Position numbers and translations under genes: made by a program. From positions 16,293 through 80,292 of the forward strand of contig LPNZ01008925.1 of assembly GCA_001655205.1 (NCBI GenBank): a stretch of 64,000 nucleotides of DNA, written 5' to 3'. This stretch comes from Lenisia limosa. Its lineage: Eukaryota; Protista; Breviatea. Below the pieces are notes generated by a model. The model was not told the DNA's origin, ran no database searches, and saw nothing but the letters and a program-made list of their open reading frames with translations. This document shows, one piece after another, positions 51,801 through 64,000 of this stretch. The number at the start of each line of letters is the position of its first letter. Positions within the stretch are counted from its first letter, which is position 1.

Positions 51801-52775
51801 CAACAGGATGTCACAGTTGAGTAGAACTCACCACTTTTCTGTGCTGAGAAATGCTGCGTGCTGGGATCGGTCTGTTGAACTCCGAAACCTGATATATTCA
51901 AATGATCATTTCAGATTGCGTGATGCAACTGTAGTGAGCAAGCGAAGCCAACCAGAGCATTGAAGATGGAAAGCCCGATAGCTGCATGGGAGGGTGTGGC
52001 GCTCATGAAGCGGTTCGTCTCCTCTGCAATCTGTCTGCGTTGTGATTAGTCAAAAAAGTTGGAATATCCTCAAATTTGGAAAGCCCTCCCACGTATGCGC
52101 TTCATTTTCGAACCAGGCTAGTTTGGAGACACGGGCAAGAAGCTGTACAACAACCTGAACGTTAACAACAAATTTCAAGCACCTACCTCGAGAACATAAG
52201 AATGGAGGTCTGGTCCACGAGTGGCGAGGAATTGAAGAAGATAGTTACCTGGATGAATAAGCTGTTGGGCATGGATAAGCCTGACTTCGATCTGGCTTGT
52301 TTTGAATAACGGTTAACCTAATGTGTGCAGCTTACGAATATCAAGACGCTGATCTGCATTGAACTGCCCGTATTGGGATGTGATAACCTTCAATAAGGAA
52401 GAAGAGACACTGGAAAAATTAAAAAGGCTTCCTTTTTTTCAAGCATACATGTGCTGAGCATAGGGGTTATCAGATTCATCAAGAATGGCACGGCACTGGG
52501 GAACGAGTTCGACCTGAAATGTGAGCTTCATATATTCCACTTTTCACCCATTGTAAGTGATAATGGAAAGGAGAATGGCCATAGAAGATAATCTACGGCA
52601 CGTTCCTCATTTATACCTTTTGACTGTAGACCATCAAGGCTGCCTCAATCTGATCTCTATCCTGTTGGGATGCAGCGCTGTAAAAACGATTACAAGCCTG
52701 AAACAGTTACAACTCTTTTCACAGAACAACACTAACATTTTCAAACTCAGCTACTGAGCTAAAAGGTGCTGCCAT
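42823..52775 (-). CDS. XPO7: Exportin-7 / RanBP16-17 family karyopherin
   Basis: Spliced [19 protein letters not shown]..., [81 protein letters not shown] and terminal [21 protein letters not shown] follow XPO7 in order. Confidence 0.93.
45014..45063. mobile_element. Degenerate partial MITE copy D in an XPO7 intron
   Basis: TA|GGGCTTCCCTACGATCCCAAAAAAGACTGAGTGTATCGATATATCCTCGA aligns with the first half of copies B and C; the second terminus is not recognisable. Confidence 0.6.
46846..46917 (-). tRNA. tRNA-Pro (anticodon AGG), intronless, inside an XPO7 intron
   Basis: GGGTTGTTGGTCTAGTGGTATGATTCTCGCTTAGGGTGCGAGAGGTCCCGGGATCGATCCCCGGATGACCCC folds as a cloverleaf; anticodon arm CTCGC-TTAGGGT-GCGAG; followed by an oligo-T terminator. 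Confidence 0.95.
46989..49900 (+). mobile_element. Composite degenerate retroposon-like insertion array
   Basis: Direct repeats 46989-47033/48253-48301, two AATAAA...CTACACTTGC(A)n ends, internally duplicated decayed ORF segments and recurring T-rich motifs. No RT or transposase recognised; four N gaps. Confidence 0.5.
50754..50819. repeat. 30-bp tandem duplication within an XPO7 intron
   Basis: aaagcaaatgagttg(c/t)gtggggttatgatc twice, plus a partial third copy. Confidence 0.9.
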
Positions 52776-53129
52776 TATGTATTTTAACTCTCAAACGCGC
52801 CACAAAGGCCTGCGAAGCGCACTCGTTTGAAAAGAAATTAGATTTACACCAGAGATTCTTGAATTGTTTTGAGTTCCTTAGACACAAAAGAAAACACAAC
52901 ACTTCTTCTTCTTCTATATGCAAATCTGATGTGCAAAAAAAAAACGCGGCTTCCCAAAAGCATTATTACAAATGTATGTTTTCTTCCCCAAGTTAATTCT
53001 CCTTAAAGATCATTTGCATTTTTTTCGTATTTTGCGAGTTGCGTTTGTATTGCACATAGGTTATTTATTTATTAATATATTAAATATATATATATGTTAA
53101 AAGGAGAGAACCTTCGTAGCAAGTGAAGA

Positions 53130-56100
53130 ATGGTGTCCTTCAAACTTTATGATGGACAACGACTGTTTTCCTTTCTGAACGCATCATCCATTCAATGCAG
53201 TATTTTCTTTCTTCCATCTTATGTAGGCTCGCTCAATGAATATCAAAAAGCTGTGGAGAAAGCATTTGAGGACGAGGAGTTTTTCCTTCTTTTTATGGTT
53301 TATTCTTTTGGTTTACCCTAGCAAAGTTTTGAGTCTTTCAATGAGGACCCTGTCAATCTTAGGCAATGCTTAACGCCAGAAAAGTATGATAACCTGTCTT
53401 GCAGGTTAGAAGTGCGCTTTCAATCGAAAACGTTGTAACACTTCAGTATTCTATCATCAGGCCTGTCTGCCTTCCAAATTATTCTCAACAACTTGACTTC
53501 TCAGGTGAGTTTGAGGAAGAGGAAATGTATTTATTTTTTTTCAGAGAAGAGCAATTGACATAATTTGTGACAAGCTTTTGGAATATGCGGAGGTTGACAG
53601 GTATGTTCGTTTCGTTTCTACCCGTTTTGGTCGTAACTCTTTAGTGAAACGGTTCTCAGTGACAGTATCGCTTCCCTTTGCCTCAAACAACTGCGGACTA
53701 TAAGAGTGGTTGTCAACCCAGGTGGACTTACAGGTTTGCTATGGAACTTGGAAGTCTGGGGGTTTTGATTATCTGTATCAGTTATGACAATACACATTTA
53801 TCTTCTTTGGTATCTCCAGAGTAACATGTTATTAGAAAAACTTGTTGAAGCACTTCCTGGTTTGGATGCAAGGTATCAAAAAGAAATCCTGGAATTTCTT
53901 CCAGAAAACATCACAACAGAGTCAATGCAAGTTAGTTATTTTTAAAGATTAAACAATAGTCTGTTTTCCGGTCTCTTTTTGAACTCACTGAAGGAGGAGT
54001 GGACATGAGGGCAGCTGTAATTGATTGCTGTTCATCATGGCCTCTGACAGCTTCATTGCGTGACCATGTACTTCAGCTTGGCATTGAGTCAATCGAGTTT
54101 GTCCAGCTTTTGTGTGTTACTATATAGTGTTGTTCCTTTTACTGATCTTCCACTCCTGCTTTCCTGTCTTCTGAGACCACATTATTACGTAAGTTTTTTT
54201 TTTTAGTAATAGCGCAGGATGAAAAAGGGGCTGATATTGTGGAGGCAATTAGAAATAAGGTGCTATTCAATTTGGACTCTGAAGACGAGGTCACTGAAAG
54301 CTTCATTATAAGTGGGAATCCAGTTCAGTTCTTATGAGTTTAGCTACATTATGTGATGGATACATTCTGAATCTCTCTCTCATCCAACTTTTTGTTTCGT
54401 CACTTGAGAAGGCTAAACAGGCTAATGACCTTTCTTTTGTTGACCTCAGTGTGATGTTCGCTTTGGCCTCCAACCCGGGTAGCCCGCTTCTTCCAATCAC
54501 TTTGGACTTCATCAAAAAGGTGGGCTGACTTGACTCTAATTGTTCTTTGAATTTCATGGAAATAATTTTGAATAAATATAATTGACTTTGTCTAGGGCAT
54601 AATCACGCCTGAAAGAACAGGGGACCTTGTCCAGAGGTCATGCAAATACACAACTTTGTAAGTACTTCTTCTGTTTCCAACCCCCCAGACACGACTCTCC
54701 TTCAAATAACGGACTTCTCCATTTGGCTGGTGTTGTGATGGGACAACCAGAGCCTGAAGCTGTGGAGGTATTATTTGCACACAATCAGTCATCACTTATC
54801 TTTAAAGGTTGCTGAAGCTATGTACTTCTCCTACTTCAAGGAAGCTACGACCCAGAAGGCCCGTCATGTGGGTTTTTTTGTCGTCATTCCTCAGGATGTT
54901 GTTTGTGCACTATTGGGGCATGTTGGCTCAGGGTTGGACAAGGAAATCTCGTCAGCACTTGAATGTCTTGTTCGAATGACAAATAGCAATCCCGATCTTT
55001 TCATCCCATTCCTTCCAAGCCTGAAGACTCTTGCATACAATATTGACAATTTCTCTGATGTTTTGGTGAGTGCAGTTCATTTCCTCACTTGTCACCTCTG
55101 CTTTTACGGTCAAAGATTCGTCAAGTGTTTTTGATTCTTGGAACTCTTCTTCGAGATTGTGTTGATGATGATGTAGAAAAATGTAGGTTTATTAGCCACG
55201 ACATCATATTATATACAACCACATACATATGTAATATATATTCAACCCCATTCGAAAAATGATATACTATATATAATACATGAAACTGGAATTACCTTCC
55301 ATCCCACTACTTAGCATTTACCCTGTAGCTGAGACTGCAGTTTTGAACGAGGTAATGATATTCCTCCGAAAGTGGCTGAATGCTGGGTCCTTTGCAATCA
55401 ATCGCAGGGGAATTATTGCTTCTGCCACTCTTCTCACCGTAGGCAACTGTTCAACTCACTTTTAGGCGATTTCAACAAGAGATACTGTGGATTCAGGCGT
55501 GGTTGACAACCTTTACAATCTTGTGTTTGAGAGAAGTCAAAAACCAAAGGTGAGTCAAGATTCTGTAGAATTACCATTAAGATGTGGGCACTTCTCTGCC
55601 AAGAATTAGCAGTTCTTCTATCAGAGTCAAATGTAAAATGTCTCCACAATCGCCTTGTCGAGTGCATGGCTGAGAAATTAAATTGTGTGTCTCTTGCTTG
55701 TCTAATGTTTTAGCTTTTTTTATCCGGACCCCTGATTCTTCCGTCTTGAAACAGTTAGTGAACGCTTTGGAAATAGTTGTCACACTGTAGATACGCAGTT
55801 TGGTGTCCATCATCTAAACTGCCGCCAATGGCTCTCGCCTTTCCTATTGATCGCCATGCCACGGACGGGTCTTTTCAGATCTTTTCCATCCTCGCCCCAA
55901 CCCTCCACCTTCTCCACATCACCTCCTCAGTATGTGTGTCGTGTGTCTTATCCTCTAGTCCAATGAAGGAAAAGCCAAAGCCGTTATGGAGCAATACTCT
56001 TCCCCATGTTTCATGATGCCCATTGAATTCAACCACCCCAATGAGGTGTCTTATGAGTATTGTTTTTTTACGTTTTTTAGGACTTGCTTTTGCTTGATGC

Positions 56101-58602
56101 TTGGTTTATGGATAAGCTGCTACATCATTGTTGGTCAGCAGTTTGCTATCTGAGGGAAGTCCTTTCATTTGCTATTGAACATCAAGCACTCAAGCCTAAT
56201 GAAGGTACACTTGCATATAGTCTGTGCTTCAAATACCCAGAACTATTTCAATAAAGATATTTCTCTAATTGTTGTAGGTCCCTGTCCAGGTAGCATTCTT
56301 CAGCTTGTCATGCACTTTGAAAGCCAAATTAACCATTTTCGCACTTATCTTCCCGCCTGGTTGCCCCACAATGTCAATGTGAGACAGTATATTGTGTTGA
56401 CTCTTTAGGCAACTTGGAAACCTGCTGTTGCTGCTGTCCTCAAAAAAGCTCCAAGCCTCGTTCAAAGGTTGTCATTCTCACTGTCTTCTAATTGCGTTAG
56501 CTCTCTCTCCCAAGTTCCATTCCTTCGATTCGCACTTCCCTCCTCTAAGGCGAGTTCCTTCAAATTCTCACAGTCCAGTTGTCAAGCCACCATATTCTCC
56601 ATCTTGCTAAGACTCCTTTTGATCCTCTTTCTCCATCAATTGACCATTTCGCTGCACCAGTTACTGGCGTTCCTGCTAACACAGAGACCAAAGTCCTTAC
56701 TGTAAAACCTTGTTCCCTTTTGACCCTGTAGCACTATATGGCCCAATATATTGTTCGTGAATTGACAACAAAAATATTTCACTCTTTGCACTCCACTGTT
56801 GTAAGAGGGATAGTCAGAAGTCATATACTCTGTGTCTTTTTTTCTTCAAGTCACTCTATAGGTATTGAGTGAAGCTTACATCAACGACAAACACAGAAGA
56901 ATTGATAATGTAAAAATGAAACATTGTTTCACTCTTTAGATGTCCGAAGACCTTCATGACATTTTACTGTACACGTCGAAAATCCTGTGTCAAAGCATTT
57001 CTGCGTGTGAGTATATTAAAGAAAATGATAAGGAAAACGTTGTGGTATGGTTGTTATTTTCTTGATTTTTTAGTTTGGGCATTGTTTGGAGACTATTCTG
57101 GTGTGTTCTGCTCTGATCGAAACAATCTTATCTTCAAAGAAGCTAAATATGACGTTTGCACGGTCAGTTTCAGATTTACTTCTTAGTTCACACCTCTCTC
57201 TCAAAACAGACATTCTTGCGTCGTTTTTCAAACTTATTGTAGGAATTTCTTAGCATTACCCTTTCAGCCAGAGGATCAACGTGAAGAGTTTAGTGCAACT
57301 TCCGACCCGCTCCAGGCCTATCATCGTGCCGGCTACACTGTATTAGCCGGGGCAGTTCGATGGATGGACACACTTAGTCGACGCGCGTGGACACTCAATC
57401 TCTTGACTGTACGCCCCGCTCGGTTGCAATAACACAATAACTGTTCAGCTTCTTGCTTTGTACCCCACAGAGAGGAAAGCTCTAGAATCGCGATTGTCTG
57501 CCACGGTTCATAACTATCGCCAGGGCTGGGAATTGGATGTAAGGAAGTGCGTATGCTTTTAATGCTGCCTGTAGTCTGAGGGCTTATCTGTTCTTCTGAA
57601 GGCATTTGTGAAAACTGGAGACCATATGAAGGCTGTCAAGGTTGGAGTTTTTTTTTTTAGGATATTCATTCTACAGGCACTACCCTCCCTCACTGTGATA
57701 TCCAATATTGAAGAAGAAGACCTTCTGCCAGATACCAGTCCTGATGATAATTGCCCTCTCTTCACCCCTCGGAACGCACATATTTTCCTCAAAGTTTGTT
57801 AAAAAGTCTTGCATTTTGTTACAGTATAGTACCAGATGATTGGGATCCAAAACGCTCTTGACAGCGCTTTGACGGACCTCCAAGATAGGAACGCTAATTG
57901 TTTTGACTCTACCCAACGGATGCAGGTTTGTCCATTTACAATGGGGTTTTTTTTCTTCTCAAACACCCCTTATAAACGAGATATATTGAACTACTTCGAC
58001 GTTGTACTCCCCTCTTTATTTTCCATTTCATTGTGTGTGTCACATAACCTTCAGGCTATCGTTGAAGTCACAGACATGTTCCATTCTACTGTTAAAGCGG
58101 CTTTGGATTTCGACTTTAACAATGTTTCCCCCAAAGAAAAGCCTGACAAAAAGTTTGATGGAGTTTCATTCGCCTTGTAAAGATCAATTGACAAAATAGA
58201 GCAATTTTGATGGTGGTGGTCCGGCAGTCCAAGGTGTTTGTTGACCTGTTTTCGCCAAGATTTGAAATAGTTGGACGATACGTCAGGTCACACATCGTAA
58301 TGTTTGAAGTCGTGTTAAAAAACATTCAAAAAACTACAAGGTAAGTCTCTTTCAGGGAACACTCAATCTAATCTTGTAGATTACTTCAACATCTATGTGC
58401 AGGGGCAAAGGAAAAGGAGCACCTTTCATCATTATTCCAGTATATTCCTCTCTTGAAGTAAGTGCCATTACTGGGCTGACTCTTCAGGAAAACTTTAGAG
58501 GCTCTGATTTTCGATGCAAAGAAAACGTGTCGGGATAATAATCTGATGGACGTCTTTTCAATGGGAACTCTCAAAACAAAGAGCGTTGGTAGATCGGGAT
58601 AA
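53130..58602 (+). CDS. FANCD2: Fanconi anemia group D2 protein
   Basis: Motifs in order: YQKEILEFLPENI, LNEVMIFLRKWLNAGSFAINRRGIIASATLL, LLQHLCAGAKEKEHLSSLFQYIPLLK and IFDAKKTCRDNNLMDVFSMGTLKTKSV, matching the FANCD2 middle region and C-terminus. Start codon approximate. Confidence 0.85.
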
Positions 58603-59286
58603 TGAAGTGGGTTTTTAGTTAGTTGTGATTATTATGAGATGCAGGATGTTAATATATTGTTTGATTATTTTTTCGGAGTTTGGAGTGAAAGCTGCCTGAA
58701 TACCTGAAAATCTTGTTATTTGTCGGGAACTTGTCAATCAATCCATCAATCAGTCATCAGTCAATCATAGTATCATAGTCATCACAATTTCCATCACTCG
58801 CACATTCTTCCCCAGAAACGCAATAATGGGGCAATGCTGAGGCACTGCCTGCGCGAAAATGTCTCAGCAGCAGGTGTTTTTAGTGCACTGTGTCTGGGCT
58901 GTACACAACGAAGTGAACAATTTCATGTAGATAAATTATACTTCTCGTCAGGGCTTCCGCCGGCGGCCGATTTTCTGGAACCAGAGGAAGACCCGGCGGC
59001 GGATCAGGAACGCTTTTTTTCTCTCCGCTTTTTGTCATTTGTTGTTTTGTTGTCTCGTTGTCAGAGCTCGTTGTTGTTTTTTTTAAAAAAAAAGTCAGAG
59101 CAAAGTCAGAGTGCCCAGAGAGCAGAGGAGGTAATGATAAATATTTAGTGAACTGAAAGCTGCTCTTATTTGAAGATCCAGTCGTTTCAGGCACAATGAC
59201 TCTGTCCTCTAAAGACAAAGTATGTCGGCTTTCATAACTGTATAATTACATGAACAGTTATTGTTCTCAAAATTACCTTTTAGGCC

Positions 59287-62200
59287 ATGAGCTACTTCAG
59301 TTCTATGACTAAGTCTCTGTTAGGGTCACTCTTTGGGAAAGAGGAGGAGGAGGGAGATTCCTCTTCTCAAAGTGACTCTTCTGACTCACCGTATGAATAT
59401 GGTGAAGGACTAAAGCGTTTACGTTCCCATGTAGAGCTTGATTCTCGAAAGCGCTTCCATAAACTAACTGGGCAGACCCCATCACATAATTCATCCTCCT
59501 ATGTTCCAGTTCAACCTGCCTTGCCCTTCATGGCCAAAATGTCATTTTCAGCCGTAACACCAGACAAGAGCCTGCTCTTTTACGCAAGTCCGCAACACTC
59601 AGCAATTGAGGGTGGATCACTCTTCAACGCCAAATACACTGGACAGAAGTTTTCACCCTTCGTGCTACCAATAGATTCGCGTAGTCGGTCTCCTGCCCCG
59701 AAAACAACGTTTACACAGAGAAGAAGGTCTATTGGTTTTGAAGTTGACAACATCCAGAACAGGGCTCTTGATATCCTCCAGTCGCTTCCCCTTCCCCATG
59801 AGGTGGGCCTCCAACATTGACGGTTTCTTTATTTGTTTCACATCACATATACAAGCGTTATTAGTAGTATCATCTCACAACTGATATTTATTATATTTTT
59901 TTTCGCTTCCTAACGTTCAACAACGGGGGAGGAAGGGGGGTGGACATAGTTGGTTACATTTAGTTAACCCTGTAGTTATGGACTGAGATGGAGTCCCCAC
60001 GGCCAGAGANNNNNNNNNNNNNNNNNNNNNNNNNNNNNNNNNNNNNNNNNNNNNNNNNNNNNNNNNNNNNNNNNNNNNNNNNNNNNNNNNNNNNNNNNNN
60101 NNNNNNNNNNNNNNNNNNNNNNNNNNNNNNNNNNNNNNNNNNNNNNNNNNNNNNNNNNNNNNNNNNNNNNNNNNNNNNNNNNNGAATATCTCGGAGAGCT
60201 GGAGGAAGAAGTCGAAGAAGATGCGTTTGTTGATCATGTTAAACAGATTGAGGAGGAGAAAGAGATTATGGAAGAGTCGGAAAAGGAAGAAGTAGAACAA
60301 GTGGAGGACGAAGAAGAAAAAGAAGAAGAATGGGAAGAAGAAAAGGAAGAGGTGGAAGAAAAAGAGAAAGAAGAGCCGAAAGAACTTGTAACCCCCTCTG
60401 AGTTGACAGCTGAAGGCAAGCCTATTCACCCTGATGACTATGATTATAGTCACATAAAGGAAAATGCACCCATGATCAAGAAGTACTTTGGCTGGGAAGA
60501 TGGTGATCCCATGCTTGTTCGTCCTGATGACCCCAATATTGAGAAAATTGGCCGCGATTTATGGAAAGGCAGAAGTATTGGTGGCACCCCTCTTGGGGAT
60601 TTTGACTTCAAGGGGATGCCAAAAGAAGACAGGAAGGCTTTGTTCCACGAAATGCTTGATGCACCGAACAAACTGAAAAAGTATCAGGAGTTGATGGTTG
60701 CCTATGACCGTGAACGTCTTGACCGCTATGGAGCTCCTGACTGCCTTGCTGGCCTCGAGTTCGATGTCATGACTGAGGAGGAACTTCTGAACAAATTGGG
60801 CCTTCCACAAATCGACCCTGAAACTGGCAAAATTCCCTCTATTCTCCCCAACGCCGACGGAACTCGGAGCAAGTGGCTTTCAGACGAAATGGCTGCAACC
60901 CTTCCCGAAAACTGCCTAGCCCCCAAGGTGTTGCCAAAAAAAAACGAGGAAGTTATTGACCTCTCATCAAGTGGCGATGGTATGTGGTTTATGAAATCGA
61001 ACAATGCTCGATTAATGTTAACGGGAACCCTTTGTACATTCTTTAATCTCCGCCAGATGACGACTCAGTGGAACCTCCTTCGGTAGTCCTCAAGCCTTCA
61101 GCCTCAGGTTGGTGCTGATAGTATGAAGCACATCTTCTCACCATCTAGATGATAAATGCAGTGATGTTTCTTGGAGTGACGAGCCTGAAGACTATATTGG
61201 AGTACGCTTCCGGTTCAATTTATTACTGCATACTAATATGTGTTTAGTAATTCTGAATTCTGGTTTTTTAAAATATCATATTTCCTATATTTCTTTCATT
61301 TTTTAAAAATAATTATTTTTTAGATTGATAAAGTTGATTCATTCAATCAAGAAAATGCATACGAGGAAGAATACAGTGATTCAGATGTCATAGAGGAATC
61401 TGAAACAGATGATGAATATCCTCAGAAAGGTTTGTTTCTTAAATATACATATGCTTCTCTTGTGTAATATTGTTGCAAAATTTCTTGATTCCCATTTTCA
61501 TCTATTTGTGGAATTCCTATTACATATCCAGAAGCTGAAAGTGAATCTGTCTCCGAGGAAGAGGAGTCCTTCCCATTGGTTCGGCAGTCGCCATCCAGTA
61601 TGCGGTCATTTGCTGTAGAGAAATTAGAAAAAAATTGAGTTGACCGAAGTCTTTCACATCGTCATATTGTATTGTATTATTTGCCCAGTCATTTGCAAGA
61701 ATACCACAAGTGTATGACGTCAAATCTAGTCGTGTAACATCTCAGAAATCCCATCGAGTGACAGTGTTTTTGAATCTTCTGGTTCTACTGAGGAGGATGC
61801 TGCTCCACATCTTAAGGAGAGTAGAGAAGATGATGAAGAAGACTGGGTTGATGAGGATGAAGAAGACGACTGGGTTGATGAGGATGAAGAAGTAATCATG
61901 AACTCCGATGATGAATCCCCAATGTCAAGTCCTTTTTCCAGTCCTTTCCAGACACCCATCCCAAAAGCCAACATTTTCCCAAGTGTCCATAATCTTCACT
62001 CGCCAAGTCAGTTTGATAGCCCCCCTCCACACTTTGTCAAAGGCCCTCAAGGTGCACTTCAAGTCAAAGAGTGAGTAGTCAGCATTAGTATTATTGCTAC
62101 AATCTACATATATTCTTAGACAAAATTGATAAATTATAGATTCACTTCGGTTCGTAAAAAGACTGAATTTCTCGATGAATTCTCGAAAACTATCGATATT

Positions 62201-64000
62201 TTCCCGGATTTTTTCGAACCGAAGTGAAGCCGTAATTATATCATACTATCATTATTATAATATGTCTTTGCTTGATACGGTTAGTTCTCCATACTGTACA
62301 AATTCAGACGGTCTTGTCTTTTTGGCAGTTTTAAATGAAGATGGCTCAATTCCTCATATCCCTTCCTCACTTCTTAGCGACCATATGCGAGTGCCGTCCA
62401 CTCCTCGCCGCGTACACTTCAACAAGGCGGTTGTTGCACAAGACATTGACACGGTCAAGCAGGTCGTTATTGGACTCAACAATGTGGTTGAGGAGGAGGA
62501 GGAGTTCGAAGTACCGCAAAAGTGGTGGGTCTGTCAGTGCTGTCAGACCGACAACACTCACCCGAGGTTCTGCTCCAGGTGTACAACCCCAAAGACTGCA
62601 GCAATCGGTGAGCCCAGAATCCTTAAATCCCCAGGGGCCAGCCCCTCTAAGGCTTTGTTTAAGGTCGCTCACTCGGACGAAAGCGAAAAAGAAAATGACC
62701 CTCATGATGATTTTGACAGCAGTAATATGCTTGATCATAGTCCTTCAGCTTTGAAACCTTCTTCTGCCCGTTCAGCACCTCAACCTTGTATTGAAGACGT
62801 GATTGATCTGTCTTCAGACTCAGAAAGTGATATTGAGGAACCGAATAGCGACGGAGGCGAAGACTCCCTTGAAGAAGATGTGCAGGAAGACCAAGAATCA
62901 GAAGAAGATGCTGTTGATGAACAAATCTTTGAACATGAAGGAGTAGAAGATGAAGGACATGAAGATAAAGATGTAAAAGGAGAAGAAGTTAAAGAAGTTC
63001 CAGATGAAGTAGTTGAAGAAGATAAAGGTGAAGAAGAAGATTATGATGAAGAATTAGTAGAAGACGAAGACATTGAAGAGAATAGAGAAGAAGATAAAGA
63101 TGAGGAATATAAATCAGATGAAGATGAAGATGTAAAAGATGTAGTAGATGAAGATAAAGAGGGAGAAGAAGAAGTAGAAGATCAAGGAGATGAAAAGAAA
63201 GAGGAAGAAATAGTGGAAGAAACTGAAGCAGAACAACGGAAAGAAGTTGTGATGGAAGAAGACCCAATCCAGCTTCCTGGCCTCACCTCTGAAGTCTGGA
63301 CTTGCCCGTGTTGTGAAGCTCAGAACAACGGACAGACATGTGGAACATGTTTGGTTTCTAGGCCCTCTCACATCGAACATGAAAAGCTGACTACCACCTT
63401 CGGTGTTGATACCACATTACAAGCTGAACACGAGAAGAAGCCAGAAGCAAACCAAGCCTTTACATTTGGTTCATCCACCCCTGGTTTTGAATTTAATCCG
63501 CAGTCCACCCCAGGCTTTAGCTTCGAGTCGTCCGAGTCACAGCCATCAGGCTTTGCTGTTCCTGCTGCAAACGCTGAGGCCAAGTTGGGCGATAACGAAT
63601 GGAAGTGTGCTTGTTGTGAAACTGTCAACACGGGGCTGAGTTGCTCTCTTTGTATGGTTAACAGGCCTGAAGAGAAGGAAGAAGAGATTAAGGAAGAAGA
63701 AAAGAAAGAAGAGAAGAAGCCAGAAGCAAACCAAGCCTTTACATTTGGTTCGTCCACCCCTGGTTTTGAATTTAATCCGCAGTCCACCCCAGGTTTTAGC
63801 TTCGAGTCGTCCGAGCAGCCATCAGGCTTTGCTGTTCCTGCTGCAAACGCTGAGGCCAAGTTGGGCGATAACGAATGGAAGTGTGCTTGTTGTGAAACTG
63901 TCAACACGGGGCTGAGTTGCTCTCTTTGTATGGTTAACAAGCCTGAAGAGAAGGAAGAAGAGATTAAGGAAGAAGAAAAGAAAGAAGAGAAGAAGCCAGA
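59287..64000 (+). CDS. Very acidic RanBP2-type zinc-finger/FxF-repeat protein, Nup153/Nup358-like; 3' partial
   Basis: ATG 59287. The final exon is open from ~62330 to the window end (absent from the ORF track because it has no stop) and carries four W-x-C-x2-C-x3-N...C-x2-C fingers plus AFTFGSSTPGFEFNPQSTPGFSFE repeats. Joining of all exons into one gene is inferred across an N gap. Confidence 0.6.
62139..62232. mobile_element. MITE copy C (94 bp, TA-flanked), in an intron of the nucleoporin-like gene
   Basis: TA|GATTCACTTCGGTTCGTAAAAAGACTGAATTTCTCGATGAATTCTCGAAAACTATCGATATT...TTCGAACCGAAGTGAAGCCG|TA; termini slightly decayed. Confidence 0.85.
63432..64000 (+). repeat. Near-identical coding tandem repeat (279 and 276 bp units, third unit truncated by the window end)
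   Basis: Units start at 63432, 63711 and 63987 with gagaagaagccaga. They differ by a few substitutions and one 3-nt indel, and each encodes an FxF segment, a zinc finger and an acidic linker. Confidence 0.95.

Noticed and set aside
16711-60183. G/C homopolymer runs beside many N gaps as a possible G-quadruplex-based system
   Set aside because: More simply explained by short-read dropout at G-rich intron tracts; nothing else in the sequence supports a function.
1-64000. Non-standard genetic code or stop-codon readthrough, suggested by the many short ORFs
   Set aside because: The stretches of XPO7, VAP, HscB, OVCA2 and FANCD2 that I traced read through under the standard code once short GT-AG introns are removed. 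TAA and TAG terminate genes at expected positions.
63432-64000. CRISPR-like or satellite array
   Set aside because: The units are in-frame coding repeats without unique spacers; no CRISPR array or cas gene is visible anywhere in the window.

Overview
Gene-dense, intron-rich eukaryotic genomic scaffold with many N gaps. Introns are mostly 25-100 nt GT-AG, and the conserved genes I traced read in the standard code. It is probably a flagellated protist with an ISC-type mitochondrion or related organelle; the lineage cannot be fixed from sequence alone. About 15 multi-exon genes can be supported: a GIGYF/4E-T-like protein, VAP, OVCA2/FSH1 hydrolase, an FHA/polyQ protein, CCDC191-like, TPRKB/CGI121, a SURP protein, a large membrane-anchored subtilase, HscB, a PNUTS-like TFIIS-N/CCCH/RRM protein, FAM227-like, exportin-7, FANCD2 and an acidic RanBP2-zinc-finger nucleoporin-like protein. 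There is also an intronic tRNA-Pro(AGG) and a TA-flanked ~90 bp MITE family in introns. The ORF track is mostly exon fragments and antisense shadows; gene models were spliced by eye and their ends are approximate. The two best leads are (1) an intergenic segment at ~37920-38130 with a TTAGGG-type template, an enclosing helix, an H-type pseudoknot and a CR4/5-like junction, which is a candidate telomerase RNA, and (2) a ~3 kb array of poly(A)-tailed, retroposon-like units head-to-head with the tRNA gene inside a 3.9 kb exportin-7 intron. Both are hypotheses, not confirmed identifications.
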